Numbered from the stretch's first letter, positions 53,235 through 63,687 are shown. The stretch is 64,000 nucleotides of DNA from a virus (IMGVR_UViG_3300046557_000835), one strand, 5' to 3'. The notes: generated by a model not told the origin, from the sequence alone. A program made the numbers and translations.

Positions 53235-54680
53235 TTAAGCCGCGGCCGGGGCAGCAGCTGCGCCTTCAGCCGGCTTTTCTTCCTTCTTGGCAGCGCCGTA
53301 CTGTTTCAGCGATTGCTCGCCGTATTGCAGGACGTAACCACCAGCGTTCAGAGCGAACGCGACCAGCGGCGGGGTCGAGTTGACGGCGATCGACATCGCG
53401 CCTTTGGCGACAGCGCGCTCGTCCGAACCAGCCATCACGGCCTTGCCGGCAGCCTTGGCCTTGTCGATCACGCTGGCGTCAGCGCCGGCTTCGGCGCGCA
53501 CGGTTTCCTTGGCCTTCTTCTCGGCCATGGCGATGACTTTCTTGGCCGCCGCTTCGGCTTCCTTCTGGGCGCTCTTGTAACCGATGATCGAATCGGCGGC
53601 CAGGGCGATCTGCTTGGCGACAGCTTTGATCTCGTCGTTCGACAGCGTGGTCAGTTGGGCCTTCTCGGCAACCTTCTTCGACGCGTCGAACATGCCCAGC
53701 TTGTAGCCGGCTTTGCCGAAGGCTTCCGGCTTGGCGCCGGCGGTCGGGACGATGGCGATCACGGCCTTGTTACCAGGCAGTTCTTCCGAACGGTGCAGTT
53801 CCAGACCTTCGCCCGGAGCAGCCATGCCGACCGATGCGGCGTCGCCGACTTTCGTGAAGCCGTGTTGGGCCGGACCCATGGCAGTGTGTGCCAGTTCGGT
53901 CAGCAGACCCAGTTCGCCGCGCTCGACGACGGTGACAGCTTGGTTGGCGAATTGGCCGGCCATCTTGGCGATCGCGGCGACGACCGAGGCTTCTTGCGCG
54001 ATGCGCTCAGCGGCTTTCTTGACGTCGACGTTGCCGCCGATGTGCAGGTTTTCGGCCAGCTTCTGGTTTTCGAAGTTCGCTTGCTTGTCGGTGGCTTTGT
54101 TGTCGGTCGCGGCCTTGATCAGTTTCTCGGCGCGAGCCTTCATACGGGTTGCGCCGTCGAACAGACGGTTCCAGACAGCGACGATGGCGGCGACGGCCGA
54201 GCGGAACATCTCGACGATCTTGCCCCACAGTTCTTTGGCTTTGTCGGCGATCGATTCAGCAGCCAGCTTGGTGGTGCCGACTTTGTCGCTGGTGCCGCCG
54301 AAGGATTCGATCGACAGCAGGCCGTGGTTGTCGGGCAGGTCGACACGCTTGTTCAGGGAAGCGGCGTACATGTTCCACATGCGGGCGCCGTTGCGATCCA
54401 GGCCGCCGTTGGCAGCAATCGATTCCAGGGCGACCGCGGCTTCTTCCATTTCGTCGACGACTTCAGCGGCTTCGTCGGTTGCGGCTTCGTCGGATTGGAT
54501 TTCGACGATGTCGCTGTTGACTTCGACCAGGTCAGCTTCCAGGCTGTCCGCGCCGGCTTCGACCGGAGCTGCGACGACTTCTTCGCCCGGGGCGGTGGCG
54601 TTTGCTTCGATACCTTCGACGGCCAGACGGGTCATGATGCCGTAAGTGCGGTTAACACGCATGTTGATGCTCCATTGCAA
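53235..54680 (-). CDS. virion internal/scaffold-like protein, paralog 2
   Basis: 481 aa. It has a very acidic N-terminal third and an Ala/Lys-rich remainder. The perfect palindrome CCATTGCAATGG lies next to the start. Confidence 0.55.
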   Translation of the reverse strand: MQWSINMRVNRTYGIMTRLAVEGIEANATAPGEEVVAAPVEAGADSLEADLVEVNSDIVEIQSDEAATDEAAEVVDEMEEAAVALESIAANGGLDRNGARMWNMYAASLNKRVDLPDNHGLLSIESFGGTSDKVGTTKLAAESIADKAKELWGKIVEMFRSAVAAIVAVWNRLFDGATRMKARAEKLIKAATDNKATDKQANFENQKLAENLHIGGNVDVKKAAERIAQEASVVAAIAKMAGQFANQAVTVVERGELGLLTELAHTAMGPAQHGFTKVGDAASVGMAAPGEGLELHRSEELPGNKAVIAIVPTAGAKPEAFGKAGYKLGMFDASKKVAEKAQLTTLSNDEIKAVAKQIALAADSIIGYKSAQKEAEAAAKKVIAMAEKKAKETVRAEAGADASVIDKAKAAGKAVMAGSDERAVAKGAMSIAVNSTPPLVAFALNAGGYVLQYGEQSLKQYGAAKKEEKPAEGAAAAPAAA

Positions 54681-54691
54681 TGGGTTTAATT

Positions 54692-54723
54692 AAATAAAAA
54701 ACTACTTCATTCCGCGCGGAATA
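54692..54723 (-). terminator. rho-independent terminator (ATTCCGCGCGGAAT palindrome plus T-run)
   Basis: On the minus strand it is followed by GAAGTAGTTTTTTATTT. Confidence 0.5.
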
Positions 54724-54789
54724 GGAATTGATGGCTTACCTTGCCACTATACTATCTCAATAGCGTGGCAGGGTTCGTCATAAGGATGA

Positions 54790-55395
54790 TCAGACTTCGC
54801 CAAACAATACGTGTAGAGTTTGGATCATGTCGATGAATCCACCGGTCTGTCCGCACCAGCGTTGAATCACATCGATAAGGCTCATGTTCTTCGGACGCTT
54901 GTCACCGGTGATGAAGAACCAGTTGAACTGACCTTCATTATGGGTATCGTTGTGCGTGATCGGCGAGAGCGACAACATCGAGGTCCAAGAGTGCAGGCTC
55001 ATGCTGCGTTTGCCGGTTTCGATGAACTCCAGCGTGTCTTGCAAGAAGCGCAAGTGCAGGTCACCCGTCGACGGACCTTTGATCTGGATCGTGATCCATT
55101 CGTAGAAGTCTTTGGTGCCGAATGCGTTCAGGGCAACACGCAGTGCCTTCTCACGGAACTCCATGCTATCGACCGCATGGTAACCATCGTTCAGATGGCG
55201 CCACAGCGCTTCGATGTTCTGGTTGATCTCTTTCGGGTTGTTCGACCCACGGAACCAATCCGGATGGTAGGTGTGGGATTTGATTTGGGCGGCGAAAGCG
55301 CGCTCGGTGGGTTTGATCTGCTCACCCAAGCTCGCGCCCAAAAAGCCACGCGGGTAAACCCGGAAGCCTTTATAGACCGGAGCGTAATCAGGCAT
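54790..55395 (-). CDS. hypothetical protein (201 aa)
   Basis: ORF. Confidence 0.55.
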   Translation of the reverse strand: MPDYAPVYKGFRVYPRGFLGASLGEQIKPTERAFAAQIKSHTYHPDWFRGSNNPKEINQNIEALWRHLNDGYHAVDSMEFREKALRVALNAFGTKDFYEWITIQIKGPSTGDLHLRFLQDTLEFIETGKRSMSLHSWTSMLSLSPITHNDTHNEGQFNWFFITGDKRPKNMSLIDVIQRWCGQTGGFIDMIQTLHVLFGEV

Positions 55396-56305
55396 ATTGC
55401 TCCTCGACTTTGCGGATTTGGGTGGCCAGGTCGTCGATACGCTTTTGCGTGTACTCGATCTGCTTTTCGATTGCGGCGTCCGGCTTGCCGGCTTGGTCGC
55501 GTTCCAGCTTGAGCTTGCGCAGCTCCAGCATGTCCTTCTCGGCCTTGGCGCGTTCGTAGCGGTAATGCTGGTAGTCAGCGATCCGCATACGCACGTGGTA
55601 GATCGGGTTCATGACCAGCGGTACGAAGCCGTGGCGGAACGGGTCGAGTTTGGTCAGGCCGACGGTCTGCTGCATGGCGCGGTCGCCGTTGGCGGTGATC
55701 ACGGCATCCGGGATCTCTTCGAAGTCGGCCTTGATCTTGGCGGTCGGCTTGGACAGGGTGTCCATCACGGTGCAGAAGTCGATGAAGCGGTCGTGCAGGA
55801 AGCGGGTCTCGGCCGGCACGATGGCGGCATTGACCGATTCCAGCAGCGCGGCGCCGTCTTCGGTTTCCATCAGTTCAGCCGCTTCGACGACGTAGATGTA
55901 GTTCAGGTACTTGTTGGCGAAGTCCACTGCAAAGCCGATCGATTCGATCATCTGCAAAACCGCCGCTTTGTAGTACGTGACGCCCGCACCTTCGATGTCG
56001 TCGTTGTAGTCCTTCTCGACCAGGCTTTCCACCAGGTCCAGCGTGACCAGCATGTCCTTGAACGACTTCTCGATAGCGATCACGGTGTTCGAACCGTTGG
56101 CACCCTTGACGTTGCGACGGTAGGTTTCCCAGTCCTTTTGCAGCGTCTCGTTGCTGAACTTGCGACCACCGAAGGCACGCAGGGCGTCTTGGTAAGCCGG
56201 CATCGTCACTGCCGTCAGGATCATCTTGGTGGTACGGATGTCCTCCAACACCGTCATCTTGGAGAAGTTCGGCAGGAGCGACTTGAAGAAGTCAATGATT
56301 TTCAT
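55388..56305 (-). CDS. hypothetical protein (305 aa)
   Basis: ORF. It overlaps the downstream gene by 8 nt. Confidence 0.55.
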   Translation of the reverse strand: MKIIDFFKSLLPNFSKMTVLEDIRTTKMILTAVTMPAYQDALRAFGGRKFSNETLQKDWETYRRNVKGANGSNTVIAIEKSFKDMLVTLDLVESLVEKDYNDDIEGAGVTYYKAAVLQMIESIGFAVDFANKYLNYIYVVEAAELMETEDGAALLESVNAAIVPAETRFLHDRFIDFCTVMDTLSKPTAKIKADFEEIPDAVITANGDRAMQQTVGLTKLDPFRHGFVPLVMNPIYHVRMRIADYQHYRYERAKAEKDMLELRKLKLERDQAGKPDAAIEKQIEYTQKRIDDLATQIRKVEEQYA

Positions 56306-56347
56306 GTTAAATGGTCTCTTGGGAGTTCATGTCGGTTACCTGCCTGA

Positions 56348-57646
56348 TTACAATGCCGGAGCGTGGCCACCCATCAGCGCTTTCAGAATGTCACCGATGT
56401 CCGGACCACTGCCCTTGTTCGATGCCTTCAGGTCCTTGATGCGCACCACCGTCGGCAGATTGATGTTGCGGTGATAGAAGGTCACAGTGTTGTAGTCGAC
56501 TTCATCGACGATCGCCATGATCATCAGACTGGTCTTCTTCATCATGCGCTGGCGGATGTCGAACTTCGCCAGCTTGCCTTCGAGTTGCAGTTCCAGGTTC
56601 TCGGCGCTGTCCTTGGTCAGGACCACCATGTTGGAAGACGAGGCGATCGACGGCTGGCCAGTGATGACCGAACTGATCGTGTTGCCCAGGTCTTGGCGGC
56701 TGATATTGGTCAGCGTGCCGGTGTGGTCTTTCATGAGGTCAGTACGACGTTTGTCGATCAGGTCGTTGCAGAACACCAGATCTTTCCAGAACGCCAGCTT
56801 GCCCGAACGCCAGCCGTGCCACCGCTCTTTGAACGACGTGTCGTCGCTGCCCGTGGCTAAAATATGAACGAGATCCTGGGTGGGGAGCATCGAGGCGATC
56901 AGACGGATATTGATCTGTACTGGAATCGAATGCTGACCATCGCTGATGTTGATCTCGTACGCTTTACCGACCGACAGGTTCGCCAGTTCGGTCATGGTGC
57001 GGCCGATGTCGTGCTTGGAAACTTGCACGCCGTTGGCTTGGGCACGACCGTAGCTCTTGTCGCCAACCGCCACGTTGTCGTGGCTGTTGGCGGGACCCGG
57101 GGTGGGTTGTCCGGCAGCACCCGCCATCGCCCCGTTGGTTTGGCCGCGGTTTTGGCTGCCCTTATTGTGACCCGAACCTTGACCTCCTTGGCCAGCGCCC
57201 AGGCTGCCGCTACTGTTCGTTTTACCTTGCGCGCCACCCAGGCTACCCATGCCGACCGATTCCACCGCCATTTGCAGTTTGGTGTTGTTCGGGAACGGCA
57301 GGCCGTGTTCGTACGATTCACTGGCGATCAGCCAGGTATTCAGGCCAGCGTTGACCGGGCTACGGTTTGGGTTCAGCGTGTCGAGGCGTTCCAGCACACG
57401 CACGTTGCCGATGGTGTTCATCAGCGATGCTGCTTGCAAGTAATAACCCGCAAAGATCGACAGCAGCGACTGTTGCACTTCACCGATGCATTCGAGGTGC
57501 ATGGCGTTTTGTTCGATCAGAACCACAGGCTCGACGCGACCAACACTGGTGAAGTCTACCAGCGAATCGCTACCGGCACCGCGACGCAGCAGGCTACCTG
57601 CTTGGTTGAGGACGGTCAAGCCGCCACCCACGATATCGCTATACAT
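56348..57646 (-). CDS. hypothetical virion protein (432 aa)
   Basis: The start is taken at the internal ATG at 57646, which is preceded by AAGGAAAAG. The longer track ORF would overlap the divergent plus-strand gene by 186 nt. Confidence 0.5.
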   Translation of the reverse strand: MYSDIVGGGLTVLNQAGSLLRRGAGSDSLVDFTSVGRVEPVVLIEQNAMHLECIGEVQQSLLSIFAGYYLQAASLMNTIGNVRVLERLDTLNPNRSPVNAGLNTWLIASESYEHGLPFPNNTKLQMAVESVGMGSLGGAQGKTNSSGSLGAGQGGQGSGHNKGSQNRGQTNGAMAGAAGQPTPGPANSHDNVAVGDKSYGRAQANGVQVSKHDIGRTMTELANLSVGKAYEINISDGQHSIPVQINIRLIASMLPTQDLVHILATGSDDTSFKERWHGWRSGKLAFWKDLVFCNDLIDKRRTDLMKDHTGTLTNISRQDLGNTISSVITGQPSIASSSNMVVLTKDSAENLELQLEGKLAKFDIRQRMMKKTSLMIMAIVDEVDYNTVTFYHRNINLPTVVRIKDLKASNKGSGPDIGDILKALMGGHAPAL

Positions 57647-57679
57647 TACTTTTCCTTTTTCAGTACAAGGGGTTTCTAA

Positions 57680-58774
57680 ATGGCCGATGATAATTCTAAC
57701 GCCTATCGGGACGTTAACTATAGCGCCACGCCGATTAAATCCGCTGATGTCGACGATGTCTTTCGCATCTCTCCATCCGGGCAAAACACCACGGCCATTG
57801 GGGATAATTTTCGTGGATTTAACCACAGACAAGCGCCGAGTCTCATACCAATTAATAAGGATCAATACGGACTGACGTTCTTTACGCGTCCCCGGATGAA
57901 CTTATCGAGTGAAAACTTGCGCTTGATGCGTAAACTCTCGCCACTGTTATCGAACCGGGATGACTCGATTCAACGCATCATCCGCTGCTGGTTGGACCCG
58001 GTCGCCAATAAGAAAGGCGAGATCACGAGCCCGTACGTCGATCCCTACATGCCGTTCATTCCGCTCTTGACCAACCTGCTGGTGAGCTTACCCGGATGGC
58101 CTGATCCAGCGATGCCATACTCGACGTCGCAAGCGGGTGTTCGGCAAGAACAGTTCGCGTTGTACGATGGTACGGATGAGATCAACCGGATCGTGGACTT
58201 GACTGCCAACTTTCGTAACGTGGCGGGTGACCCACTCACGCCGTTGTTTGATACCTGGTTGACGTATGGTCGGGGGGTTTACTTCAATGACATCATGCCG
58301 TACCCGGATGCGATTCTCGAAAACGAGGTCGACTACGACACCCGCATTTACCGCTTGATTCTGGATGACAAGAAGCAACACGTGCTACGTATAGCCGCCA
58401 CAGGTTGGGGAGACCCAGTCTCCAATCCGATCGGTTCGATCTTCAATTTCGAAGCCGACCAAGGCGATGGCCAGATCAACCAAGGCTTGCAACAGGTCAG
58501 CGTGCACTTCGTCAATACCGGCATCTTCTACAATGACGATATCCTGATGTGGGAATTCAACCAGTGTAGTGAGCAATGGTTCAACCCCAGCATGGCTGAC
58601 GGGACCCGTGAACAGATCTACCAGAAGGTACCCATGGAAGAGCTGCCGATCTTCAACTACCGTGGCTACCCCCGCATCAACCTGGAAACGTACGAACTCG
58701 AATGGTGGGTCCGTAAAGACGAATATAACCAGCTCACCCACGTCATCCAGAAATTCAAGCAAACACGAGGATAA
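57680..58774 (+). CDS. hypothetical protein (364 aa), first gene of a plus-strand block
   Basis: ORF with AAGGGG RBS. It is divergent from 56348..57646. Confidence 0.6.
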   Translation: MADDNSNAYRDVNYSATPIKSADVDDVFRISPSGQNTTAIGDNFRGFNHRQAPSLIPINKDQYGLTFFTRPRMNLSSENLRLMRKLSPLLSNRDDSIQRIIRCWLDPVANKKGEITSPYVDPYMPFIPLLTNLLVSLPGWPDPAMPYSTSQAGVRQEQFALYDGTDEINRIVDLTANFRNVAGDPLTPLFDTWLTYGRGVYFNDIMPYPDAILENEVDYDTRIYRLILDDKKQHVLRIAATGWGDPVSNPIGSIFNFEADQGDGQINQGLQQVSVHFVNTGIFYNDDILMWEFNQCSEQWFNPSMADGTREQIYQKVPMEELPIFNYRGYPRINLETYELEWWVRKDEYNQLTHVIQKFKQTRG

Positions 58775-58777
58775 ACC

Positions 58778-61717
58778 ATGACTTTGGCTAGCCAAAAGCT
58801 GATCGATCAAATCAGCTTGTTCCGCTTTAACCCTGCTGGTATCCAGCGCACGGTGGTGCAAGCTTTGACGGAGATCAATAACGGCGAACAGCAACTGTTT
58901 GATGCGACTTCGCCTTTCGTGCAATCGCTGTCGGCGGCAGCATACGAGACCGCGGCCTTCATGCAACAACACGAAGCCGAGAGCCGCAGGCGTTACCCGT
59001 CGCTGTCGCAAACCCAAGAAGACCTGTATCTGCACATGTCGGATGCCGACTACGTCAACCGCTTCTCAATCCCGGCGACTGCCACCTTCAGCTTACGTTT
59101 TAACAAGAACGAACTGTTGAACGCGATGCGCTTGGAGCCCGAGACCGGTTACATGAAGCTCGTGATTCCACGTAACACGTATTTCACCGCTGACGTGTAT
59201 GCGTTCAGCCTGCAGTACCCGATCGAGATCCGCCAACTCTCGCACGGTGGTTTGCAAATCACGTACAACAACGACATCGTGTCGCCCCTCCAAGTCCTGG
59301 ATAGCAACACCATCGAGTACGAGATCGTCGAAGATGGTCAGTATGAAGAGTACGTCAAGTTCGACGTACCGACCATGCAGTTCCAGATCTCGCAGCGTAC
59401 GGCGCCGATCAGCAAGGCCAAAGACTTGATCATGTCGATGGAGATCAAGGACCAGTTCTACCATGCGCGGGTGTACCACAAGAACCTCATCACTGGCAAA
59501 TGGGATGAACTCTTGACCACACACGCCGAAAGCGTGTACGACATCAAGAAGCCCACCGCCGTGCTGCGGGTGTTGAATAGCTACCTGACGATCAAGATCC
59601 CGCAGATCTATGTCAACACCGGTCAACTGAGTTCAACCATCCGGGTCGACCTGTACCAGACTAAAGGCAAGATCAACCTGCCGCTGGTGGACTACCGGGG
59701 TGACGCGGTCAGCATCACGTGGAAAACTTGGGACTCGACCGAAGCCGGTGACATGTACTCGTCAGCACTCCCCAACATGAATGTGGCGGCATATTCGGAA
59801 GAGACGGTGATCGGCGGCAAGAACGAGATGGACCTTGACACGCTCCGTACCAACGTCATCAACAACGCCACCGGACCGATCCGCCAAGCCATCACACCAG
59901 CGCAGTTGGAGACCCAAATCCGTAACGCTGGTTACGATGTGGTGAAGAACGTCGATAACGTCACTGACCGAGTATTATTGGCCACGCGCGAGATGCCCTC
60001 TCCAGAGCTCGTTAAAGCCACCAACGCGACGTCGGCGACCAACAAGCTACTCACGGCAGCCGCGGCCTCGATCGAGACGCTGACGATCTCTACAGAGGCC
60101 CTAGCGGGGTTGTCGACTGTGGTGGACAATGGCGCGAGCTTAACCATCACGCCGGACACCCTGTATCAGATCACCGACGGCATCACCAAGCCGGTGGCCA
60201 ACAGTGAAATCAAACGCCTGCTGGCCCTGCCGCCGGACAAGCGCGCTCTCGAAGTCACCAACGGTTCGTATCTGTACACGCCGTTCCATTACGTGTACGA
60301 CACCAACAACAACGCGTTCGAAATCCGCCCGTATTACTTGGACGACCCAGTGGCGGAATCGAAGGTGTTCGTGAAGCAAAACGACACCACGATGATGTTG
60401 GCGGGGACCTCGGCGTATGGCTTGGTGCGTTCGACCAACGGTTACATACTGCGGGTTACCACGCGGTCGGATGATACTTACAAACTGATTCCGGACAACC
60501 AAATCTTTGCTCAGTTGGCGTTTGTGCCGTTTGGTGAACGTGACCGGGCGTACCTGAACGGGAAGTTGGTGGGCAAGACCGACACCGGCGAGCGGGTGTT
60601 TGACTTTGATCTGGCTACGTCGTTCAATGTTGACGCCAATGACAACCTGGACTTGACCAAGTTCACCATGTACAACAGCGAAGCGCGGATCACCAAATCC
60701 GCGTTGCTCAATACCTTCGATCTGGTGTACTCCACCTCGGCAGTACTCTCTAGCCGCTGGACGCCGAATGCGGTGGACCAAGTACTCGGTCGGCATTTGT
60801 TGCCCAACCAAATCGCTGGCATCAACCACGAGCGCGTCAAGCTCAAGTTCGGTGAAGCGTTGGAGATGCTCTGGACCCGTGCCCGTACGGTGGTGTCGTC
60901 GCTGGAATACGAAGTTTGGGAAGAAGACCAACAGGCATTCTACAGCGAAGACATCTACGAGTACGGTGCGGATGGCACCAAGCTGTCGATCGTCGATGGG
61001 CAACTCCAGTACACGATCCTGCACCACAAAGGCGATCCGATCTTGGATGGCAACGGTGACATCACCTACGAATACCGCAAAGGTGATTTGAAGCGTGACA
61101 GCAGTAACCAGCTCATTCAAAGCAATCCACGCGGTGTGTTGCGTCAGATCGACTTGATGTTGCTCGAAGGGGTGTACTGGTTCGCCACCGATACCACTAC
61201 CGCAACCTACCGCACGGCGCTGACCAATGCACTGGTGAAGTGGATCGTGAACGACCTGGAAACGTTCAAGGAAGTCCTCTTGGACAAAACCCGGATCTAC
61301 TTCTACCCGAAGACCACCTCGGGCATGATTGGTGTGTATGTACTGGACGAAGTGCGCACCAACATCCCAGCCGGTCAAGCGTTCTCGGTGACACTCGGTG
61401 TGGCCAAACAGGTGTACGACAATACCAACCTGAAAGGCCGGATCGAAGAAACCACCGTGAGTGTGATTTCGTCCGCACTGAAGCAAAAGACGGTGTCGAT
61501 GTCGGACATTGTGGACAAGCTCCGTACTGCGTACGGTTCGGACGTGGTCGATATCCAGATCACGGGTTTGGGTGGTGTGGAAGACTACTCGGTGGTGACT
61601 GTGGCGGAAGACACCGATCGTCTCTCGATCCGTAAGCGGCTGGTGGCCTTGGCCGACGGCACACTGGCGGCAGAGGAAGATGTCAGTATCACGTTCCGCA
61701 AAGTAATTTCCCTGTAA
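58778..61717 (+). CDS. large hypothetical virion protein (979 aa)
   Basis: ORF starting 4 nt after the previous stop. Confidence 0.65.
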   Translation: MTLASQKLIDQISLFRFNPAGIQRTVVQALTEINNGEQQLFDATSPFVQSLSAAAYETAAFMQQHEAESRRRYPSLSQTQEDLYLHMSDADYVNRFSIPATATFSLRFNKNELLNAMRLEPETGYMKLVIPRNTYFTADVYAFSLQYPIEIRQLSHGGLQITYNNDIVSPLQVLDSNTIEYEIVEDGQYEEYVKFDVPTMQFQISQRTAPISKAKDLIMSMEIKDQFYHARVYHKNLITGKWDELLTTHAESVYDIKKPTAVLRVLNSYLTIKIPQIYVNTGQLSSTIRVDLYQTKGKINLPLVDYRGDAVSITWKTWDSTEAGDMYSSALPNMNVAAYSEETVIGGKNEMDLDTLRTNVINNATGPIRQAITPAQLETQIRNAGYDVVKNVDNVTDRVLLATREMPSPELVKATNATSATNKLLTAAAASIETLTISTEALAGLSTVVDNGASLTITPDTLYQITDGITKPVANSEIKRLLALPPDKRALEVTNGSYLYTPFHYVYDTNNNAFEIRPYYLDDPVAESKVFVKQNDTTMMLAGTSAYGLVRSTNGYILRVTTRSDDTYKLIPDNQIFAQLAFVPFGERDRAYLNGKLVGKTDTGERVFDFDLATSFNVDANDNLDLTKFTMYNSEARITKSALLNTFDLVYSTSAVLSSRWTPNAVDQVLGRHLLPNQIAGINHERVKLKFGEALEMLWTRARTVVSSLEYEVWEEDQQAFYSEDIYEYGADGTKLSIVDGQLQYTILHHKGDPILDGNGDITYEYRKGDLKRDSSNQLIQSNPRGVLRQIDLMLLEGVYWFATDTTTATYRTALTNALVKWIVNDLETFKEVLLDKTRIYFYPKTTSGMIGVYVLDEVRTNIPAGQAFSVTLGVAKQVYDNTNLKGRIEETTVSVISSALKQKTVSMSDIVDKLRTAYGSDVVDIQITGLGGVEDYSVVTVAEDTDRLSIRKRLVALADGTLAAEEDVSITFRKVISL

Positions 61718-61720
61718 CGG

Positions 61721-61756
61721 CATAAATCCCCGCTACCCTTCGGGGTAGCGGGGGTA
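61721..61756. terminator. bidirectional CCCGCTACC-family hairpin between convergent genes
   Basis: Stem CCCCGCTACCC-TTCG-GGGTAGCGGGG. It is flanked by ACGGCATA on the left and TATGCTGTC on the right, so the ATGCYGT motif follows the hairpin in both transcription directions. Confidence 0.5.
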
Positions 61757-61771
61757 TGCTGTCAAACGAAT

Positions 61772-63148
61772 TTACAGCGCATTGGTTTTGATCGGCGCAG
61801 CCAAATCTTCCACCATGTTCTTCAGACGTTCGTAGGTAGCTTCGTCCATCTGCATGGTGTCTTTGCATTGGTTCACCGAACGCCAAGCGATTTCACCAAC
61901 CTTGGCGGCCAGCAGACCGGCATACGACGTCGCGATTCCGGCGTTCACACACCACTTGATCATTTCTGTGTAACCGACACTCATGGCGATGTTGGACTTG
62001 GCGAACGCGCTGATGAGTTTGTACATCAGTTCGACCATGCCGACATTCGGACCATTGAGCAGATACTCGCTGATGTCTTTCAACACCGCCGAGACTTCGC
62101 CGGCTGCGAACGCATACGCTTTGGCGCGGATCAGGATATCTTCGACCCGGGCTTGTTGCGCCGCGTTACCGGTGTTTTTGACCCAGCTGAGTGTGTTGGT
62201 CACCGACGGATCGGGTTCCTTCATCTTGTCAGCGGCGGTTTGGAACACGTCACCGATGTTTTCGATCGAGGTGGTCTTGCCACCGAAACCGAAGTACACC
62301 GACGGCGCCGACGGCGTATCGACTTTCACCGTTTCCGCATCGCCCTTCATCGCGTCGAGCACTTGGCTGAACAGTACACGCCATTTCACCAGATGGGTGG
62401 TCATGGTTTCCAGCATCGACGGGGCGTCCAGGTGCGCTTGGTAGTAATCGTCCATGGTGGCAAACGAGTGCGGCACCTTGGTATCAATCATCAACAAACT
62501 TGGGATGTAACCACCGTTTTGCGACGGATCGATGGCGGCAGCCCGGAAGGTCGCGTCATCCCAGCTGAACTCCGTGCCCGCAAGGGTGTTGATGAAGTCA
62601 CTCAGGATGTCACCTTGCATCGAGACTTGATCGGCGCGGCGCTTGAAGTCGAGGTTCTCGACCACATAACCGTTGCCCGGATTGGCTGCCGCCATTTCCA
62701 GACGACTGATCTGACCCGCGATCTGGGCCAGCAAATCGCTTTGCATACCCGCTTCGATTTCTTCTTGGGCCATCTTCAACCCGGTCGGGGACGGATGACG
62801 GCTATAGAAGTTGACTGGGCGACCTTTACCGAAGTTCGGCAACAACGCGATGGCTTCGGTAGCGATCCGCTGGCTCATCCCGCGTTGGGTAACCAGATCG
62901 CTACGCAGGTACCGCAGGTCGTTGAAGATCGACTCGGTGGCTGCGGTTGGTTCCTGGTTGAGCTTGGGTAGCATTTCCAGAATGACATCCGCGTCACCCG
63001 CGACTTCGTTGGTCAGCGTGTCTGCGATCGGTTCATCCGGCAGCAGAGCGCCGGCGTTCAGACTTTGGTCCGTCGGCGCCGTCAGTTCGGTGAGTTCAGC
63101 GTTGGCTTTGGCCAGGGCGGCAGTAGCGTCAATGGCCGACATCATCAA
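61772..63148 (-). CDS. hypothetical protein (458 aa)
   Basis: ORF. Confidence 0.55.
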   Translation of the reverse strand: MMMSAIDATAALAKANAELTELTAPTDQSLNAGALLPDEPIADTLTNEVAGDADVILEMLPKLNQEPTAATESIFNDLRYLRSDLVTQRGMSQRIATEAIALLPNFGKGRPVNFYSRHPSPTGLKMAQEEIEAGMQSDLLAQIAGQISRLEMAAANPGNGYVVENLDFKRRADQVSMQGDILSDFINTLAGTEFSWDDATFRAAAIDPSQNGGYIPSLLMIDTKVPHSFATMDDYYQAHLDAPSMLETMTTHLVKWRVLFSQVLDAMKGDAETVKVDTPSAPSVYFGFGGKTTSIENIGDVFQTAADKMKEPDPSVTNTLSWVKNTGNAAQQARVEDILIRAKAYAFAAGEVSAVLKDISEYLLNGPNVGMVELMYKLISAFAKSNIAMSVGYTEMIKWCVNAGIATSYAGLLAAKVGEIAWRSVNQCKDTMQMDEATYERLKNMVEDLAAPIKTNAL

Positions 63149-63666
63149 CCCCCGTTTGCGGCAACGTCGTCACCGGTTGCGGTTTCTTCCGGTTGCAGGA
63201 TCAGCGCGACGCGCGACGCGACGCCCATGATCTCGGCGCGGTAACGGTTCATGAATTGGCTCATCTCTTCCGAGAGGTCCATCAGGCCGCCCGACCACAG
63301 CGAGGTGATATCCATGCTGCTGGAAGCGCGAACGCTGATCAGGCGGTCGATCTGGTAAGCGTTGTCGACCAGCACACGGGTCGGGAAGGCGGCGCTGTAA
63401 CGCATTTTCCAGAACAGCTGGGCGTAGTCGAGGGCCAACTTGGACGCGAAGATCACCGACTCACCCACTTCCGAGATTTTCTCGGAGACGAACTGGTGTA
63501 CTTGCTCGCCGTAGAACGCCGCGACGTTGGAAAGAGCCGACGACGGCAGGTGAGCTTGCGAGGAGGCGGCGAGGGCCACGGCGATCGCGACGATGCGACC
63601 TTGGTCAGCCGGGACTTTGACCAAACGGCCGATGGCTTCATTCAGGCCGAAGTATTTGGGATTCAT
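63145..63666 (-). CDS. hypothetical protein (173 aa)
   Basis: ORF with a 4-nt overlap with the downstream gene. Confidence 0.5.
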   Translation of the reverse strand: MNPKYFGLNEAIGRLVKVPADQGRIVAIAVALAASSQAHLPSSALSNVAAFYGEQVHQFVSEKISEVGESVIFASKLALDYAQLFWKMRYSAAFPTRVLVDNAYQIDRLISVRASSSMDITSLWSGGLMDLSEEMSQFMNRYRAEIMGVASRVALILQPEETATGDDVAANGG

Positions 63667-63687
63667 GGTTCCGATTCCTTATGGTAG

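Noticed and set aside
53217-54689. 490-aa plus-strand ORF
   Set aside because: Antisense of 53235..54680.
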